Virus record (IMG/VR): IMGVR_UViG_3300036770_007495
Span: 1-64,000 of that record
DNA length: 64,000 bases
Direction: 5' to 3' (one strand)
The notes under the pieces were generated by a model, which worked only from the letters and a program-made list of their open reading frames with translations, was not told the origin of the DNA and searched no databases. Below, piece by piece: positions 1-10,023 of this stretch (positions are counted from its first letter, which is position 1; every line of letters starts with the position of its first letter). Position numbers and translations under genes: made by a program.

Positions 1-63
1 GTACCAACTCGACCTTTTTGTTCGTCAAGGTAGATGCTAATTACATGAGTCCAGTCTTGCATA

Positions 64-726
64 TTAATGTCCAAAAGCTTCAATGGTATACTTGAAAGGA
101 TTGCCTTCAATGTTTTTGACAAGATCAAGCATAGTTGCAGCAATGTCACGAATTTCTTTCTGTGCATCTGGCTTGTTGCGAAGCTCCAAGAAATGATGAA
201 AAGAGCGCCAGTTGAACATCACATCTGCCTGAATCTGAGAATTGTAGGTCTTGAAGAAACGAGCAGATTCTTTTGCGCGTTTGCGACCTAATACAGGTTC
301 AAGGTCTTTGAGACATTTGTGGTAAAGATTGTTGCCTAGTTCTGTATATTTTTTCAGAATATCACGCCAATATTCACAATCCCCTTCTTCCCAAATAGAA
401 GTTGAACTCTCTATACCTTCCCAATCATCAGGAATATAAAACTTATCTTCTTTCAGTTCTTTGTACCTAGCACTTTCGCCATTGATTGAAACGCCAATCC
501 GATGCTTAAGAAGGTGAATGTGAGAAGCAATGTCGCAATCCACAAGGAAATGCAGGCTGCTTTTTTCGAAAGGGGTATGGTGTCCATGTTGTGCTAGCAT
601 TTTGAGCAGCGCAGGAATGCGACTGCGTTTTTCTTCCGTGATGTCTCTGCTGGTGGATGTCCATGCAGAGCATGCATGCACTTCATCATTTCCGTAAAAT
701 CCAATGAGTTCAACTTTGTTTGTCAT
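64..726 (-). CDS. thyX: Flavin-dependent thymidylate synthase
   Basis: H-x-TPFE, HLLKHR...SINGESARY, KESARF, N-W-RS-F-HFLELR...AQKEIR motifs of ThyX. Confidence 0.93.
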   Translation of the reverse strand: MTNKVELIGFYGNDEVHACSAWTSTSRDITEEKRSRIPALLKMLAQHGHHTPFEKSSLHFLVDCDIASHIHLLKHRIGVSINGESARYKELKEDKFYIPDDWEGIESSTSIWEEGDCEYWRDILKKYTELGNNLYHKCLKDLEPVLGRKRAKESARFFKTYNSQIQADVMFNWRSFHHFLELRNKPDAQKEIRDIAATMLDLVKNIEGNPFKYTIEAFGH

Positions 727-729
727 AAA

Positions 730-1326
730 TTAGGTCCACATGTATTCGCGATAGTCAATCATCTGCTTGATGATGTTTGTATCAGTTGCATCAATGAGAG
801 CTTCAATTCGATTGACCTCGCTGTACAATTCATCATAACTTTTGCCGCGAAGGCGTTCAGGAAGAGGATGAGGTGGATAAGCATTCATCATCAGTTCTAC
901 CAAATTGGGACGACCCTCTTTGATCCAAATTGCACTTGTGTCAAGCCAATTTTTGAACTTGCGATGATTATCAGTACCATCCCAATCAACACAAGATTCA
1001 TCAGCTTCTCTCTTAAAAGAAAGAATCATAGCAAAATTGACATCAATGATGAGATTGCTTACATCAGCCCATTGACGAGGAACAGCCTTGCGAATATCAG
1101 AATGATATGGCTTGAAGAAACACTTGATAGCATACTTGGTGTCACGATACATGTGACGGCAAGAGTATTGAAAATCACCAATTAGTTCACGCAAAAAATA
1201 TTGAACAGGGTAGTCCTTCTTTACTTGCTCACGCCAATCATGCCATGCATCCAGAGATGCAACACGAGGAATTTTGTACCAGAGAGGTTTCTTCATAGAA
1301 TCTTTACTATACAGTCTGTTGCTCAT
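730..1326 (-). CDS. Hypothetical phage protein
   Basis: 198-aa ORF tightly packed in a minus-strand operon; ends IDYREYMWT. Confidence 0.7.
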   Translation of the reverse strand: MSNRLYSKDSMKKPLWYKIPRVASLDAWHDWREQVKKDYPVQYFLRELIGDFQYSCRHMYRDTKYAIKCFFKPYHSDIRKAVPRQWADVSNLIIDVNFAMILSFKREADESCVDWDGTDNHRKFKNWLDTSAIWIKEGRPNLVELMMNAYPPHPLPERLRGKSYDELYSEVNRIEALIDATDTNIIKQMIDYREYMWT

Positions 1327-1329
1327 AAA

Positions 1330-1929
1330 TCAACCATGAAGAAACATTCCCCAGTCAGAACGCAAGGCTTCAAACACCATGCCATTGTTTGGCTTTTCAG
1401 GCTTCCACAACAGCCTCAACCCACATTCTTCAGGAGTCTTGTTGTCCTTGAAAGTGTTGACCTTCTTGTCACAAGTAATGAGATTTTCCCAAGTGTTTTT
1501 GCCACCACGGCTTTGCGGAAGAATATGATCAACAGACAGCTCATGCTTCTGAAGCTTTCTTCCAGTATAACCACAAGTGAATTTATCACGCTTGAAGATG
1601 TTTTGCTTGGTGGGAAAGACCACGTTCTTGTAGATGACCTTGTTGAACCGAGCACACACAACCACGCTGGGCAGACGTGCTGGTCCGCTGGTGGTATGAA
1701 CATAGTCATCACAAGTGCGGATTGGCAGTTTGCTCCATTCCTTCCAGTTTTTAACTACAGTGAATCCTTCAACAACATCTTCATTGTGGGTACCATCTTC
1801 ATTCTCTGCATAATAGATGTCCAGAGGATGTGCAGCACCTGAGAAAATGTTGACTACAGTATCTTCCCAGGTGCTAGTGCCAAGAGGGAAGAAGTTAGCG
1901 TTAAGTTTGAGAATGGGTCTCTTGTTCAT
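1330..1929 (-). CDS. HNH endonuclease (McrA-like)
   Basis: N-terminal LKLNANFFPL; RDKFTCGYTG...SVDHILPQSRGGKNTWENLITC...N..K. Confidence 0.9.
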   Translation of the reverse strand: MNKRPILKLNANFFPLGTSTWEDTVVNIFSGAAHPLDIYYAENEDGTHNEDVVEGFTVVKNWKEWSKLPIRTCDDYVHTTSGPARLPSVVVCARFNKVIYKNVVFPTKQNIFKRDKFTCGYTGRKLQKHELSVDHILPQSRGGKNTWENLITCDKKVNTFKDNKTPEECGLRLLWKPEKPNNGMVFEALRSDWGMFLHG

Positions 1930-2458
1930 TCTGCACAATAGAGGTTTCCTGCGTTTGATCAACTACTTTGGGAAAGAATGTTCTTGCATCAGCAAGCCAC
2001 AGCATTTTTGCCTGATACACTTCAGGTGAGTTGTCTTTGTGGCGCAGTGCAATGTCTCTAAACCATCCCATTTGATAATCGTGTTTGCGCATTTTCAGCT
2101 TGGGGCGACTGGCATCATCAAACTTGATGTTGTCTTCTTTGTCGCGAGCAATGATGAGATGATGCAACTCATGATCAATGAGCGCAACGCGCTGCAATTC
2201 GTTCATTGCATTGTAAGCATCTCTGTCAATGGTGATTTCAGCATCCATTGCACCTTTGATGCGATTCTTCAATGAATTGATTTTGATGACAGCAAGTGCT
2301 GGGTAGCCACCAAACTTCACAGGATGATCTCCATTTTCATTGAAAGCAAATACTGCATCCACAGTGACGCCTGCTTCATGCAATTCATCATGGTAATCTT
2401 CCATGGTTTGCTTGATGAGATCCAAAACTTGTTGAGGTACGATGTCGTATGTTGTCAT
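1901..2458 (-). CDS. Putative phage metallopeptidase
   Basis: ALIDHELHH (HExxH) and LKMRKHD motifs; start at MTTYD. Confidence 0.75.
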   Translation of the reverse strand: MTTYDIVPQQVLDLIKQTMEDYHDELHEAGVTVDAVFAFNENGDHPVKFGGYPALAVIKINSLKNRIKGAMDAEITIDRDAYNAMNELQRVALIDHELHHLIIARDKEDNIKFDDASRPKLKMRKHDYQMGWFRDIALRHKDNSPEVYQAKMLWLADARTFFPKVVDQTQETSIVQNEQETHSQT

Positions 2459-2499
2459 AAAATAATGTATATTGAGTTGTTGCTTTTGCAATGCTTCGT

Positions 2500-2904
2500 T
2501 TAAAACAAACCACAATCTGTTGAGATGCATTCAATTTCACCATCAAGATTTTTGATGTGTGCATACAGTTCAGCCTCTCTTTTGTTTGCGCCTACAAAGT
2601 AAGCATCACCAATTTTAAAGAGTTTGTTTGTATGCGTCTCTGGCAGCATAATGGTGTAATAGATGCCTTCTTGCATGAAGCTGTTGGCACAAAAAATGAA
2701 CACAGCAAGCGCCAAGGACATAAAGAAGTATTCTTGTTTGTTGAAATGTCCTACAGCACTAATTCCTGCACACAGCACTCCAATGAAGTTGAATGCAGTT
2801 GCATAACCGTTTATGCGCTTGTATAGCCACAACTCATTGTTGTTTTGCATGTCTGAAACTTGCTTGGCAAGCTCGTTGGAGTCTTCTGCTGGGTTTGTTT
2901 TCAT
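2500..2904 (-). CDS. Hypothetical membrane protein
   Basis: Two hydrophobic segments; overlaps neighbour by 4 nt. Confidence 0.6.
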   Translation of the reverse strand: MKTNPAEDSNELAKQVSDMQNNNELWLYKRINGYATAFNFIGVLCAGISAVGHFNKQEYFFMSLALAVFIFCANSFMQEGIYYTIMLPETHTNKLFKIGDAYFVGANKREAELYAHIKNLDGEIECISTDCGLF

Positions 2905-3701
2905 AGAGGATAATTCTTTCTATACCAATGGACGCTTTCTACAAACTTTGCAATGGCTTCTTCTCTGCTATTTGCCGGGCTGGTTTGACTCTGCAATGCA
3001 CTCTCATCACAATTGTAGCATGTAGTACCTTTGCCTGGATGAGGCACACCGTCTTTGTCTTGAGTAGATACTTCGTAGCGCTTCAATGAATAAGGCTTCT
3101 TGAATCGCTTCCACGTCCAGGTGGAGATGAATTCTTTGCAATTGAGAACATACTCTTTGTCTGCATACTCTTTATTGCCTTTGATTGTTACAGTGTGTTG
3201 AGTAGTTCCATTGTCTTGTTCAGAGTAAGTGGCTCTACCACACAACACAACACGAGGATAGATGCTTGTGCTCAACCATTTTGGATCACTGGATTTCCAA
3301 CAATTGTCATATCGACCCAAATGAATGTTGAGATAACCACCATCAATGCAATCTGTATCTTTAACATATTTGATGCCCCAATCTCGTCCATCATATTTGC
3401 GATCTTCACTCAACCGCAAAATTTTGCGCCATGTATTGGAGTATCCCCATTTGGCTAAGTCAGCATGAACATACAGAGAGAAGAGGAACGGAACATTGAT
3501 GCTGAAGCCGATGGTGTGTTCATCATTAGCCTTGCCATATACATTAAAGCCTGGCATGTCTACATCAGTCCATGGATAGAATTCAATGCCAACATTAACT
3601 CGGTCATGGTGTGAGCCCAAGATGTTGGCGAAGGGATAAATCCAACAACGCCAGCCTTTGTGCTTGCCATAATTTGATTCAATGCAATGAAAGTGTCTCA
3701 T
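2901..3701 (-). CDS. Hypothetical protein
   Basis: 266-aa ORF in operon. Confidence 0.65.
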   Translation of the reverse strand: MRHFHCIESNYGKHKGWRCWIYPFANILGSHHDRVNVGIEFYPWTDVDMPGFNVYGKANDEHTIGFSINVPFLFSLYVHADLAKWGYSNTWRKILRLSEDRKYDGRDWGIKYVKDTDCIDGGYLNIHLGRYDNCWKSSDPKWLSTSIYPRVVLCGRATYSEQDNGTTQHTVTIKGNKEYADKEYVLNCKEFISTWTWKRFKKPYSLKRYEVSTQDKDGVPHPGKGTTCYNCDESALQSQTSPANSREEAIAKFVESVHWYRKNYPL

Positions 3702-3702
3702 A

Positions 3703-4610
3703 TCAGAAATTTCCAGGAGCTACTTGAAGGCACTTGAGGCCGATTTCACGCCACATATCCACAACCTGCTGCCTATCGTCCAGAACAAATTCCACATCGA
3801 ATTTATCCTTGATGAGAGTATCATAGATTTCCTTCTTAACAATGGAGTCTCGACGATGATCACCTTCTTTGCGCATCATGAGATCGTAATAAGGAACCTT
3901 GTGTTTGTCAAGCCATGCAAGAGTCTTTTGACGGCAGACTTCGGTGCCTTCACGACCAGATACAATGAGAATAATATAACCTTTCTTTTGAAAAGCTTCA
4001 ACAATGCCATATACAGCAACATCCAAATGGTCTTGATCAACTTTGTCGTACTCAAACCAGTTGCGATCGCAACGATGCGCAAGAGTACCATCAATGTCTA
4101 CAATGATGGTGTTGCCTTTCTTGTTGACAAGTGGTACATCTTGCAGAGTTGGAAGAATATACCGCTGGTGCATGCCCTTGATGACCTTTTCACCAACAGG
4201 CTTGGCACGCAAAGAGTCGCGATGCAAACACTCGTCAAGAGACACATCCAAGAAGTCCTTGTACTCAACAGAGATGTTGGTGGTAAGATACTTGCACTCA
4301 TGCTTGTATCGCTGATCATCAGCAATCTGCTTCATGCGTTCAAAGTGCTTGTCTTCAAAGTTGGTGTCATCAACAATGATGGTTTCAATGCCACGAGCAA
4401 GCCACATGTCAACAAGAGCATAGCATCACGTGCATCAAGGATTAGCTGCTCATTGATCTTGGACCAAATGCCTGCATCAATCATGTCACGCAAGTCATCC
4501 TTGTTGACACGCTTCACCTTGCCATTGCTCTTGGCAACCTGCTCCTTGCTCCAAGTCGACTTGCCGCTCGCAGGCAGCCCGCGAGTCAAAATGATTTTCT
4601 GCTTCTTCAT
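3703..4610 (-). pseudogene. pseT: Polynucleotide 5'-kinase/3'-phosphatase (T4 PseT-like), split by a 5-bp duplication
   Basis: P-loop GLPASGKST and RVNKDDLR in ORF 4332..4610; VDDTN, DIDGTLA (HAD), SGR, DDRQQV in ORF 3703..4407; removing one AGCAT at 4417-4426 fuses the frames. Confidence 0.88.
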
Positions 4611-4640
4611 GCACTCAGTTTAAGAGCGCATTGCAACAAA

Positions 4641-5417
4641 TCAACTCTTTTTTACAATTTGTTGCAGTTCAGACAAAGGTGCAATTGTTGCTTCTTGTGT
4701 TGCATCATACTTTGCACCTTCAAGCCAATCATTGCCAAAATAATAAAAGCCATCTGAACCTCGCTTGAGCAATGCATAAGCTTCAGAATCAGAATAACCC
4801 TTGTATGTAGTTACATATTTGATGACTGGCTGCATGCTGTTGCTTGCAACTGTTGAGCCGCATGTTGGACATTTGCATTCATTTGGTGCGGGTGTCTCGG
4901 CATTGATGAGTGACAACACCCAATCTTTGGTCACTTTGGTACCAGGGCATGTTTTGCTTGTCTGTGGATCATCTCTGTGAAACAACAAGTTGGAAGCATT
5001 GATGGGAACATTGAGCCATGTGAAAAGAGATTTTGTTACTTTTGCTGCCATCTGCCAGCACTGCAATCCTCTGCCTGTAGCATTGTTTTCACTATCATAA
5101 TCACCCAACACTTCAATGCCTATGGCTGTTGAATTGAAAGATACAGCATGTACACCTCGTTCATTCAAGGGAGTCATGCCCCAAACCTGATCTTCATCAA
5201 TGAACAGGTGCGGACCAGAACTCCAGCCCAAAGACTTGTAATAGTCTCTCATGTTGATGATGTGTTGAACAGTGAAGCCGCTGGGGCGCTGCGCCAGAGA
5301 AGGTGAAGATGTATGATGCAAGCACACTTTGGTGCACCAGCTTGGGCGCTGAAGTGTTTTTAAATATGCATCAAAAGAATCCGAAGTCCAGACTTGACCA
5401 ACATTGTTGTATGACAT
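4641..5417 (-). CDS. Endolysin, N-acetylmuramoyl-L-alanine amidase (Amidase_2-like)
   Basis: LHHT, GPHLFID, HAVSFNS..IGIEV.G, FHRD...KTCPG. Confidence 0.88.
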   Translation of the reverse strand: MSYNNVGQVWTSDSFDAYLKTLQRPSWCTKVCLHHTSSPSLAQRPSGFTVQHIINMRDYYKSLGWSSGPHLFIDEDQVWGMTPLNERGVHAVSFNSTAIGIEVLGDYDSENNATGRGLQCWQMAAKVTKSLFTWLNVPINASNLLFHRDDPQTSKTCPGTKVTKDWVLSLINAETPAPNECKCPTCGSTVASNSMQPVIKYVTTYKGYSDSEAYALLKRGSDGFYYFGNDWLEGAKYDATQEATIAPLSELQQIVKKS

Positions 5418-5456
5418 GCAAATATTTATGCATGAATCATAGACGCTGCAGGTCTA

Positions 5457-5768
5457 TCAGATCTTTTTGTTTCTCAGCTTTGCGTTGTTCTGAGATTTGC
5501 GTGTGGTTTTTTTAGAGCTTGTTTTCTTCTTTGGCTCTTGTGGAGCTTCTTCGTGCTTCACTACTCTTTTGACACATGCATCAGCTGTATCCACTACATC
5601 AACTTCAACGGGAGCATCTGCACCTTCGTCAATGATAGCTTGCTCAGTTGCTTTGAATTCAGGTGGTCTGCAAGATTCAATTTGATCAACAACCTTGTGG
5701 TTGAGATAATGGCTAGCAGCAGCAATTAATGCAAGTGATACAACGGTGATAGCAATGATGGTGTACAT
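5457..5768 (-). CDS. Hypothetical protein, N-terminal TM, basic C-terminus
   Basis: Hydrophobic N-terminus; TAAATA upstream. Confidence 0.6.
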   Translation of the reverse strand: MYTIIAITVVSLALIAAASHYLNHKVVDQIESCRPPEFKATEQAIIDEGADAPVEVDVVDTADACVKRVVKHEEAPQEPKKKTSSKKTTRKSQNNAKLRNKKI

Positions 5769-5776
5769 GCCATTAT

Positions 5777-6028
5777 TTATTTGCCATACACTTGTCTCTC
5801 CAGTTCTCTGAACCTTCTGTCAGAGTGCCACACCTCTTCACCACATTTGTTTTGCGGCACTTTGTAAATGCCATCGCAGGTTTTAATTTCCTGAGAGGGA
5901 AGTAATCGAAGAATAGGTGGTTGCGATATGCTTATAGAATCGCTTTTCTTCGAGCAATTGCATTCGCACGAGGTCAGCATCATCAGTAGCATCAGGGCTG
6001 CGGATAGCGCGAAGCCTTTCAATTTCAT
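5777..6028 (-). CDS. Putative o-spanin (Rz1-like lipoprotein)
   Basis: Lipobox MKLKGFALSAALMLLMMLTS-C; overlaps 3' half of upstream ORF in another frame; lysis cluster. Confidence 0.6.
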   Translation of the reverse strand: MKLKGFALSAALMLLMMLTSCECNCSKKSDSISISQPPILRLLPSQEIKTCDGIYKVPQNKCGEEVWHSDRRFRELERQVYGK

Positions 6029-6152
6029 CAATGTATTGTTTTTGTTGTTGCCTTGATTTGTTGAGTACATCATAGTAGAAGCTTCTGTTTTTGAGTGCAA
6101 AATACAAGCCAATGGCCTTGAACAAGTTGGCTAATACTGCTGCCCAGTTCAT
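5883..6152 (-). CDS. Putative i-spanin (Rz-like)
   Basis: N-terminal hydrophobic helix then coiled-coil-like region; between holin and lipoprotein. Confidence 0.55.
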   Translation of the reverse strand: MNWAAVLANLFKAIGLYFALKNRSFYYDVLNKSRQQQKQYIDEIERLRAIRSPDATDDADLVRMQLLEEKRFYKHIATTYSSITSLSGN

Positions 6153-6373
6153 TGTGCAGCAATCTTAGATGCAAGTTTAGAAAGCAACAATTCCAAACCA
6201 CCAGAAATGCCTGCTGTCAAACCTGCTGCCAATGCAGCTGCACTATCAGGATCATATCCCTTGGCAACAAGCCATGTAGTCAATGCAGCAGATCCCATGG
6301 CAACATACTTGAGAACCTGGCGAACAACCCAACCTCTTTGAGTTGAAATGAGAGAGAATAACAATGATTTCAT
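6149..6373 (-). CDS. Putative holin
   Basis: 74 aa, two TM segments, TAAATA upstream, heads lysis cluster. Confidence 0.6.
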   Translation of the reverse strand: MKSLLFSLISTQRGWVVRQVLKYVAMGSAALTTWLVAKGYDPDSAAALAAGLTAGISGGLELLLSKLASKIAAQ

Positions 6374-6383
6374 ACACAATTAT

Positions 6384-6692
6384 TTATTCATCTGATGATG
6401 ATAACCATGAAATGATCCAAAATGGACCACGATCTTCATCAAAACGTTGATACACAACACTATACCCTTGTGTAATGAGCAAATGCACAATCTCTGGCGT
6501 AACATCAGCATTCACAACAATGGAATTGAGTCCTTTTTTGCATGCTTTGTGAATCTTTTTGTTGATGTAACTGATGATGGTGTCATGCGCTGTATCTGAC
6601 AATGCAGCAGCATCACTAGCATTCATGATGGAGATAAAAGAAGGAGCAGGCATACAACGATTTATGCCTGCTCTTTCAAATGCAATGCACAA
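6384..6692 (-). CDS. Hypothetical protein (paralog of 9777..10022)
   Basis: I..A...G..S.......L...GY.V pattern shared with 9777 ORF; start uncertain. Confidence 0.55.
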   Translation of the reverse strand: MCIAFERAGINRCMPAPSFISIMNASDAAALSDTAHDTIISYINKKIHKACKKGLNSIVVNADVTPEIVHLLITQGYSVVYQRFDEDRGPFWIISWLSSSDE

Positions 6693-6695
6693 CGC

Positions 6696-7442
6696 TTATT
6701 GTGCCATCTCTTGCTCGTTGGGTTCAGGATTCTCTATTGGCATAGGTGCACCTGATGCTTCCCAAATGGCTTTGCGCATTGGATCCAAATCTGTAATCAC
6801 ATAATCTTTGCCATTGATGTTGATTGCAGCAATGCTTGCAAGACTAATTTTACGAATTTGTCTGCCTTCTTGAACTCCCTGGTACAGACCCGGATCAACA
6901 TGCTTGATGTACTGCTGAACCTGCTGCCTATCAAGCACCTCAAAGTTTGTGTCACCACCTGTATTTTTCAGCAGCACTGGCTTGAAAGACTTTGCTACTG
7001 CACGAGGCTTGTAGCGAAGATACATCTGTCCATCCAGCATCACAAAAGCATTTGTGCCTTCCACAGGCTCATAATTGGTCTGCTTTGCAACAAAATCTGC
7101 AACACCGCCTTCGCGCTCACGCTGACGATTTACATCTTCTTCATAATTGTGACCATACATGCCATTCACCTGCGATACTTTGGCAATGTATGATTTGCCG
7201 TGCTTCAATCCAGTCAGTACAAATGGATTAAAGCCTGGAATTTTGTTGGTGTTCTCTTTGGTAATCTGTGTGACACTAAAGAAATTAGTGCCTGGTCCAC
7301 GACGCGCTTGCAGCTGCCTGGTGAGATCAACGAGCTCCTGTTGAGTGATGCGATGTTGACCTTGTGCATCTTTTGCGATTCCGAATGCCATCTCAGTGTA
7401 TAGGTTATAGATGTTGGTGTTGTCTAACAATAACGAGCTCAT
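6696..7442 (-). CDS. Hypothetical late protein
   Basis: TAAATA upstream; N-terminus DNTNIYNLYTE resembles other late genes. Confidence 0.7.
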   Translation of the reverse strand: MSSLLLDNTNIYNLYTEMAFGIAKDAQGQHRITQQELVDLTRQLQARRGPGTNFFSVTQITKENTNKIPGFNPFVLTGLKHGKSYIAKVSQVNGMYGHNYEEDVNRQREREGGVADFVAKQTNYEPVEGTNAFVMLDGQMYLRYKPRAVAKSFKPVLLKNTGGDTNFEVLDRQQVQQYIKHVDPGLYQGVQEGRQIRKISLASIAAININGKDYVITDLDPMRKAIWEASGAPMPIENPEPNEQEMAQ

Positions 7443-7546
7443 ATGCTCTTATTTAATAATGCAAGCTGTTGAATGCAAAATCAACTATATTTTTATCTAA
7501 AAAAACATGTTGCACAAAACCAAAAACCAATGCATTGTGTGGTCTT

Positions 7547-8506
7547 ATGAATCTGCTCGCTGAATTCACTCAACTGTCCCGCGTCTCTGAAATTGATATT
7601 CCTGCTGAATATTACAATCGCATTCGCACCAATCATGCAAATGTTGATGCCATCTTTGGTGATGGTATTCTGCCAGGTAGTGTGTTTACCATTGCTGCTC
7701 CTGGCGGCACTGGCAAGTCTGTGTTCTTGCTGCAATTATGCGAAATGCTTGCCAATGATTATCGCATTGGCTACATGAGCGGCGAAGAAAACATTTACAT
7801 GGTGGCTCTTGCTGCTCGTCGTCTGCAGTGCCGAGATGTGCGCATTGCATCTGAAAGTCGCTTGTCCAAAATTCTTGAAGCCATTCAGGATCACGACTTG
7901 CTGATTCTGGATAGCTTTCCTTGCATTGTGTATGACTTGCCGGATGCTGATGAATACAGCAAACAAAAGCAGAGCACTCGCAATCTTGAGCTCATCATCA
8001 AAGCTGCCAAACAAAGCAAATGCTCCATTGGTTTTGTGCTGCACATGACCAAAGATGGCAAGTTCAAAGGCAGCACTGATCTCAATCATGCTGTGGAGTG
8101 CAATGTGTTCATCAACAAAGATCCAGAAGATGAAAGCATTCGCATCATTGAGACTCGCAAAAATCGACTGGGCCCGTGTGGCGAATGGCGCTTTGCATTT
8201 GGCTTTGCTGGCTACAACTTCAACAATGTGCTCATTAGTGAAGCTGATGCTGCTGCAGATGCTCATCAGACCACTCGCGGCAAAGCTCGCAACAAGCAAC
8301 TGCAGCAGATTATGGAACTGCGCGAGCCTCCGCACATCACTGTGGAGCGAGTGTGTGAGACTCTTGATGTTGATGCACAGCGTGCCAAGTATCTGCTGTG
8401 GCTGCTCACCAGCGAGAACAAGCTTGTCAAGTTTGGCCGCGGCAATGAATGTGTGTGGAAGCACAAAGATGTTGTAAAAAGTAGTTGCGAAACACAACCA
8501 GTCTAA
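7547..8506 (+). CDS. RadA/Sms-like RecA-family ATPase
   Basis: GILPGSV, Walker A APGGTGKS, YMSGEE, LILDS, HMTKDG.FKG...L.H.VE, KNRLG. Confidence 0.85.
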   Translation: MNLLAEFTQLSRVSEIDIPAEYYNRIRTNHANVDAIFGDGILPGSVFTIAAPGGTGKSVFLLQLCEMLANDYRIGYMSGEENIYMVALAARRLQCRDVRIASESRLSKILEAIQDHDLLILDSFPCIVYDLPDADEYSKQKQSTRNLELIIKAAKQSKCSIGFVLHMTKDGKFKGSTDLNHAVECNVFINKDPEDESIRIIETRKNRLGPCGEWRFAFGFAGYNFNNVLISEADAAADAHQTTRGKARNKQLQQIMELREPPHITVERVCETLDVDAQRAKYLLWLLTSENKLVKFGRGNECVWKHKDVVKSSCETQPV

Positions 8507-8530
8507 TACATACCAACATAAATTCACTAT

Positions 8531-8773
8531 ATGAGACTCAGCAAATTGTACACCATTGAGCTTACTGATGGCACATCTGTGGATGTAGAGGTCAATGTGG
8601 ATGTGGATGATAAGTTTTGTGAAAACAATGAACACTCTTACATGTTTGATGATGCAGGTTTGACAGATGAACAAATCTGTGAAGCAGAGAGCATTGTTGA
8701 TAACAGCATTGAAGAGTGGGCTGAAGCAATGTTGTTGGGTGAAGATGATGAAGACAACTTCGATGAAGATTAA
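8531..8773 (+). CDS. Small acidic hypothetical protein
   Basis: 80 aa, D/E-rich. Confidence 0.6.
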   Translation: MRLSKLYTIELTDGTSVDVEVNVDVDDKFCENNEHSYMFDDAGLTDEQICEAESIVDNSIEEWAEAMLLGEDDEDNFDED

Positions 8774-8848
8774 AAGGGTGCGATGCGGTTAGTGACGCAT
8801 ATGAGGCAACTCTGGCTTAGGCAAATTGGTGCAATTCCAATCACCCTT
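8774..8848 (+). ncRNA. Anticodon-less tRNA-like RNA (family member 1)
   Basis: AAGGGTG/CACCCTT acceptor, ATGCG/CGCAT D-stem, ATTGG-TGCAATT-CCAAT T-arm; same architecture as 29425..29566. Confidence 0.6.
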
Positions 8849-8887
8849 TTTAGTTGATTTTGCCAATGTTCTAAGCTAATATGTGTC

Positions 8888-9445
8888 ATGAGCAAAACTC
8901 TCTTCATCCACATCAAAGATCCAACAACTGATTTCTTGGAGCGCATCTACAAAGATGCAAAGAGGTGCACCATTGTGCGCACCATACTTCCCAAAGATGT
9001 GATGAATGATCTCATCAGGAATCATGATCAAGTTGTGATGATGGGACATGGTTGTTCCAATGGTTTGTTTGGCGATTCAACTGCATACATCATTGATGAA
9101 CGCAATGTTGAAGCATTGTCAAGGAAAGACAACAATGTGTTCATTTGGTGTTATGCCAACAAGTTTGTAGAGAATCATCAGCTCAAAGGCTTTTCAACTG
9201 GAATGTTCATCTCTGAAGATGCAGAAGCTCAATGGGCTTTGGGCTCTGCACTCTATAGCAAGAGTGACGAGCACAGCATCATTGAGTCCAATTATTTGTT
9301 TGCTGGGCTTGTGCGCCGAAACTTGAACAAACCCATTGCTGAGTTTGCGCATTGCATCAAAGAAAACTATGCGCCAGAGAATCTGGTTGCAGCAAACAAG
9401 AACGCTCTCATTTACAACAGCGAAAAACTCAAACTCTTTATTTGA
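8888..9445 (+). CDS. Hypothetical protein
   Basis: 185-aa ORF with MGHG motif; leaderless promoter upstream. Confidence 0.7.
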   Translation: MSKTLFIHIKDPTTDFLERIYKDAKRCTIVRTILPKDVMNDLIRNHDQVVMMGHGCSNGLFGDSTAYIIDERNVEALSRKDNNVFIWCYANKFVENHQLKGFSTGMFISEDAEAQWALGSALYSKSDEHSIIESNYLFAGLVRRNLNKPIAEFAHCIKENYAPENLVAANKNALIYNSEKLKLFI

Positions 9446-9446
9446 T

Positions 9447-9623
9447 ATGTCAGCAGGCAAAGGAGACAAACTACGCAAAGGTGCAGACTTACAGGCATAC
9501 TGGAACAATTATGACGAAATCTTTCGCAAGAAAACAGTTGAACAAAGTGCAATTGCCATGCATGATGAGCAACAATCCAACCCTACACCCAATGAAAAAC
9601 CATCCGAAGAATCTAGCCAATGA
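9447..9623 (+). CDS. Small phage protein
   Basis: MSAGKGDKLR...YWNNYDEIFRKK. Confidence 0.6.
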   Translation: MSAGKGDKLRKGADLQAYWNNYDEIFRKKTVEQSAIAMHDEQQSNPTPNEKPSEESSQ

Positions 9624-9776
9624 TGTGACCATGTGGCTTGTCAAGTACATGACGTGCTTGTATGGCTTGCTGTTTGCATTGCATTTCTTTGCAATCACTC
9701 AGCAGCAGGAGCCTGTGCCTCTTGTGATGCCATTTGAGTATGGCAACATCTACATGCTCAACATTACTCGCGTTGC

Positions 9777-10022
9777 TTGATGATGCTTTACCAACTCATT
9801 ACAGCTGCAGGTTGCAGACACATCTTAAAGAGCAATGATGTTGTTCGCAACAAAGTAGCCAAAGCCATCAATGAAGCAGTTGCAATGGGGCATTACAGTG
9901 TATGCCTCAAGATGACTCTGACTCATGATCTCATCAATGAATTGATCCACATGGGATACGATGTATCCACAGATCATGATGAACGAACTCAAACACTGAC
10001 TCACATTTCCTGGAAAGAATAA
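9777..10022 (+). CDS. Hypothetical protein (paralog of 6384..6692)
   Basis: Shared pattern with 6384 ORF. Confidence 0.55.
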   Translation: MMMLYQLITAAGCRHILKSNDVVRNKVAKAINEAVAMGHYSVCLKMTLTHDLINELIHMGYDVSTDHDERTQTLTHISWKE

Positions 10023-10023
10023 C

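Noticed and set aside
4332-4430. Programmed ribosomal frameshift in PNKP
   Set aside because: No slippery heptamer; a 5-bp duplication explains the break.
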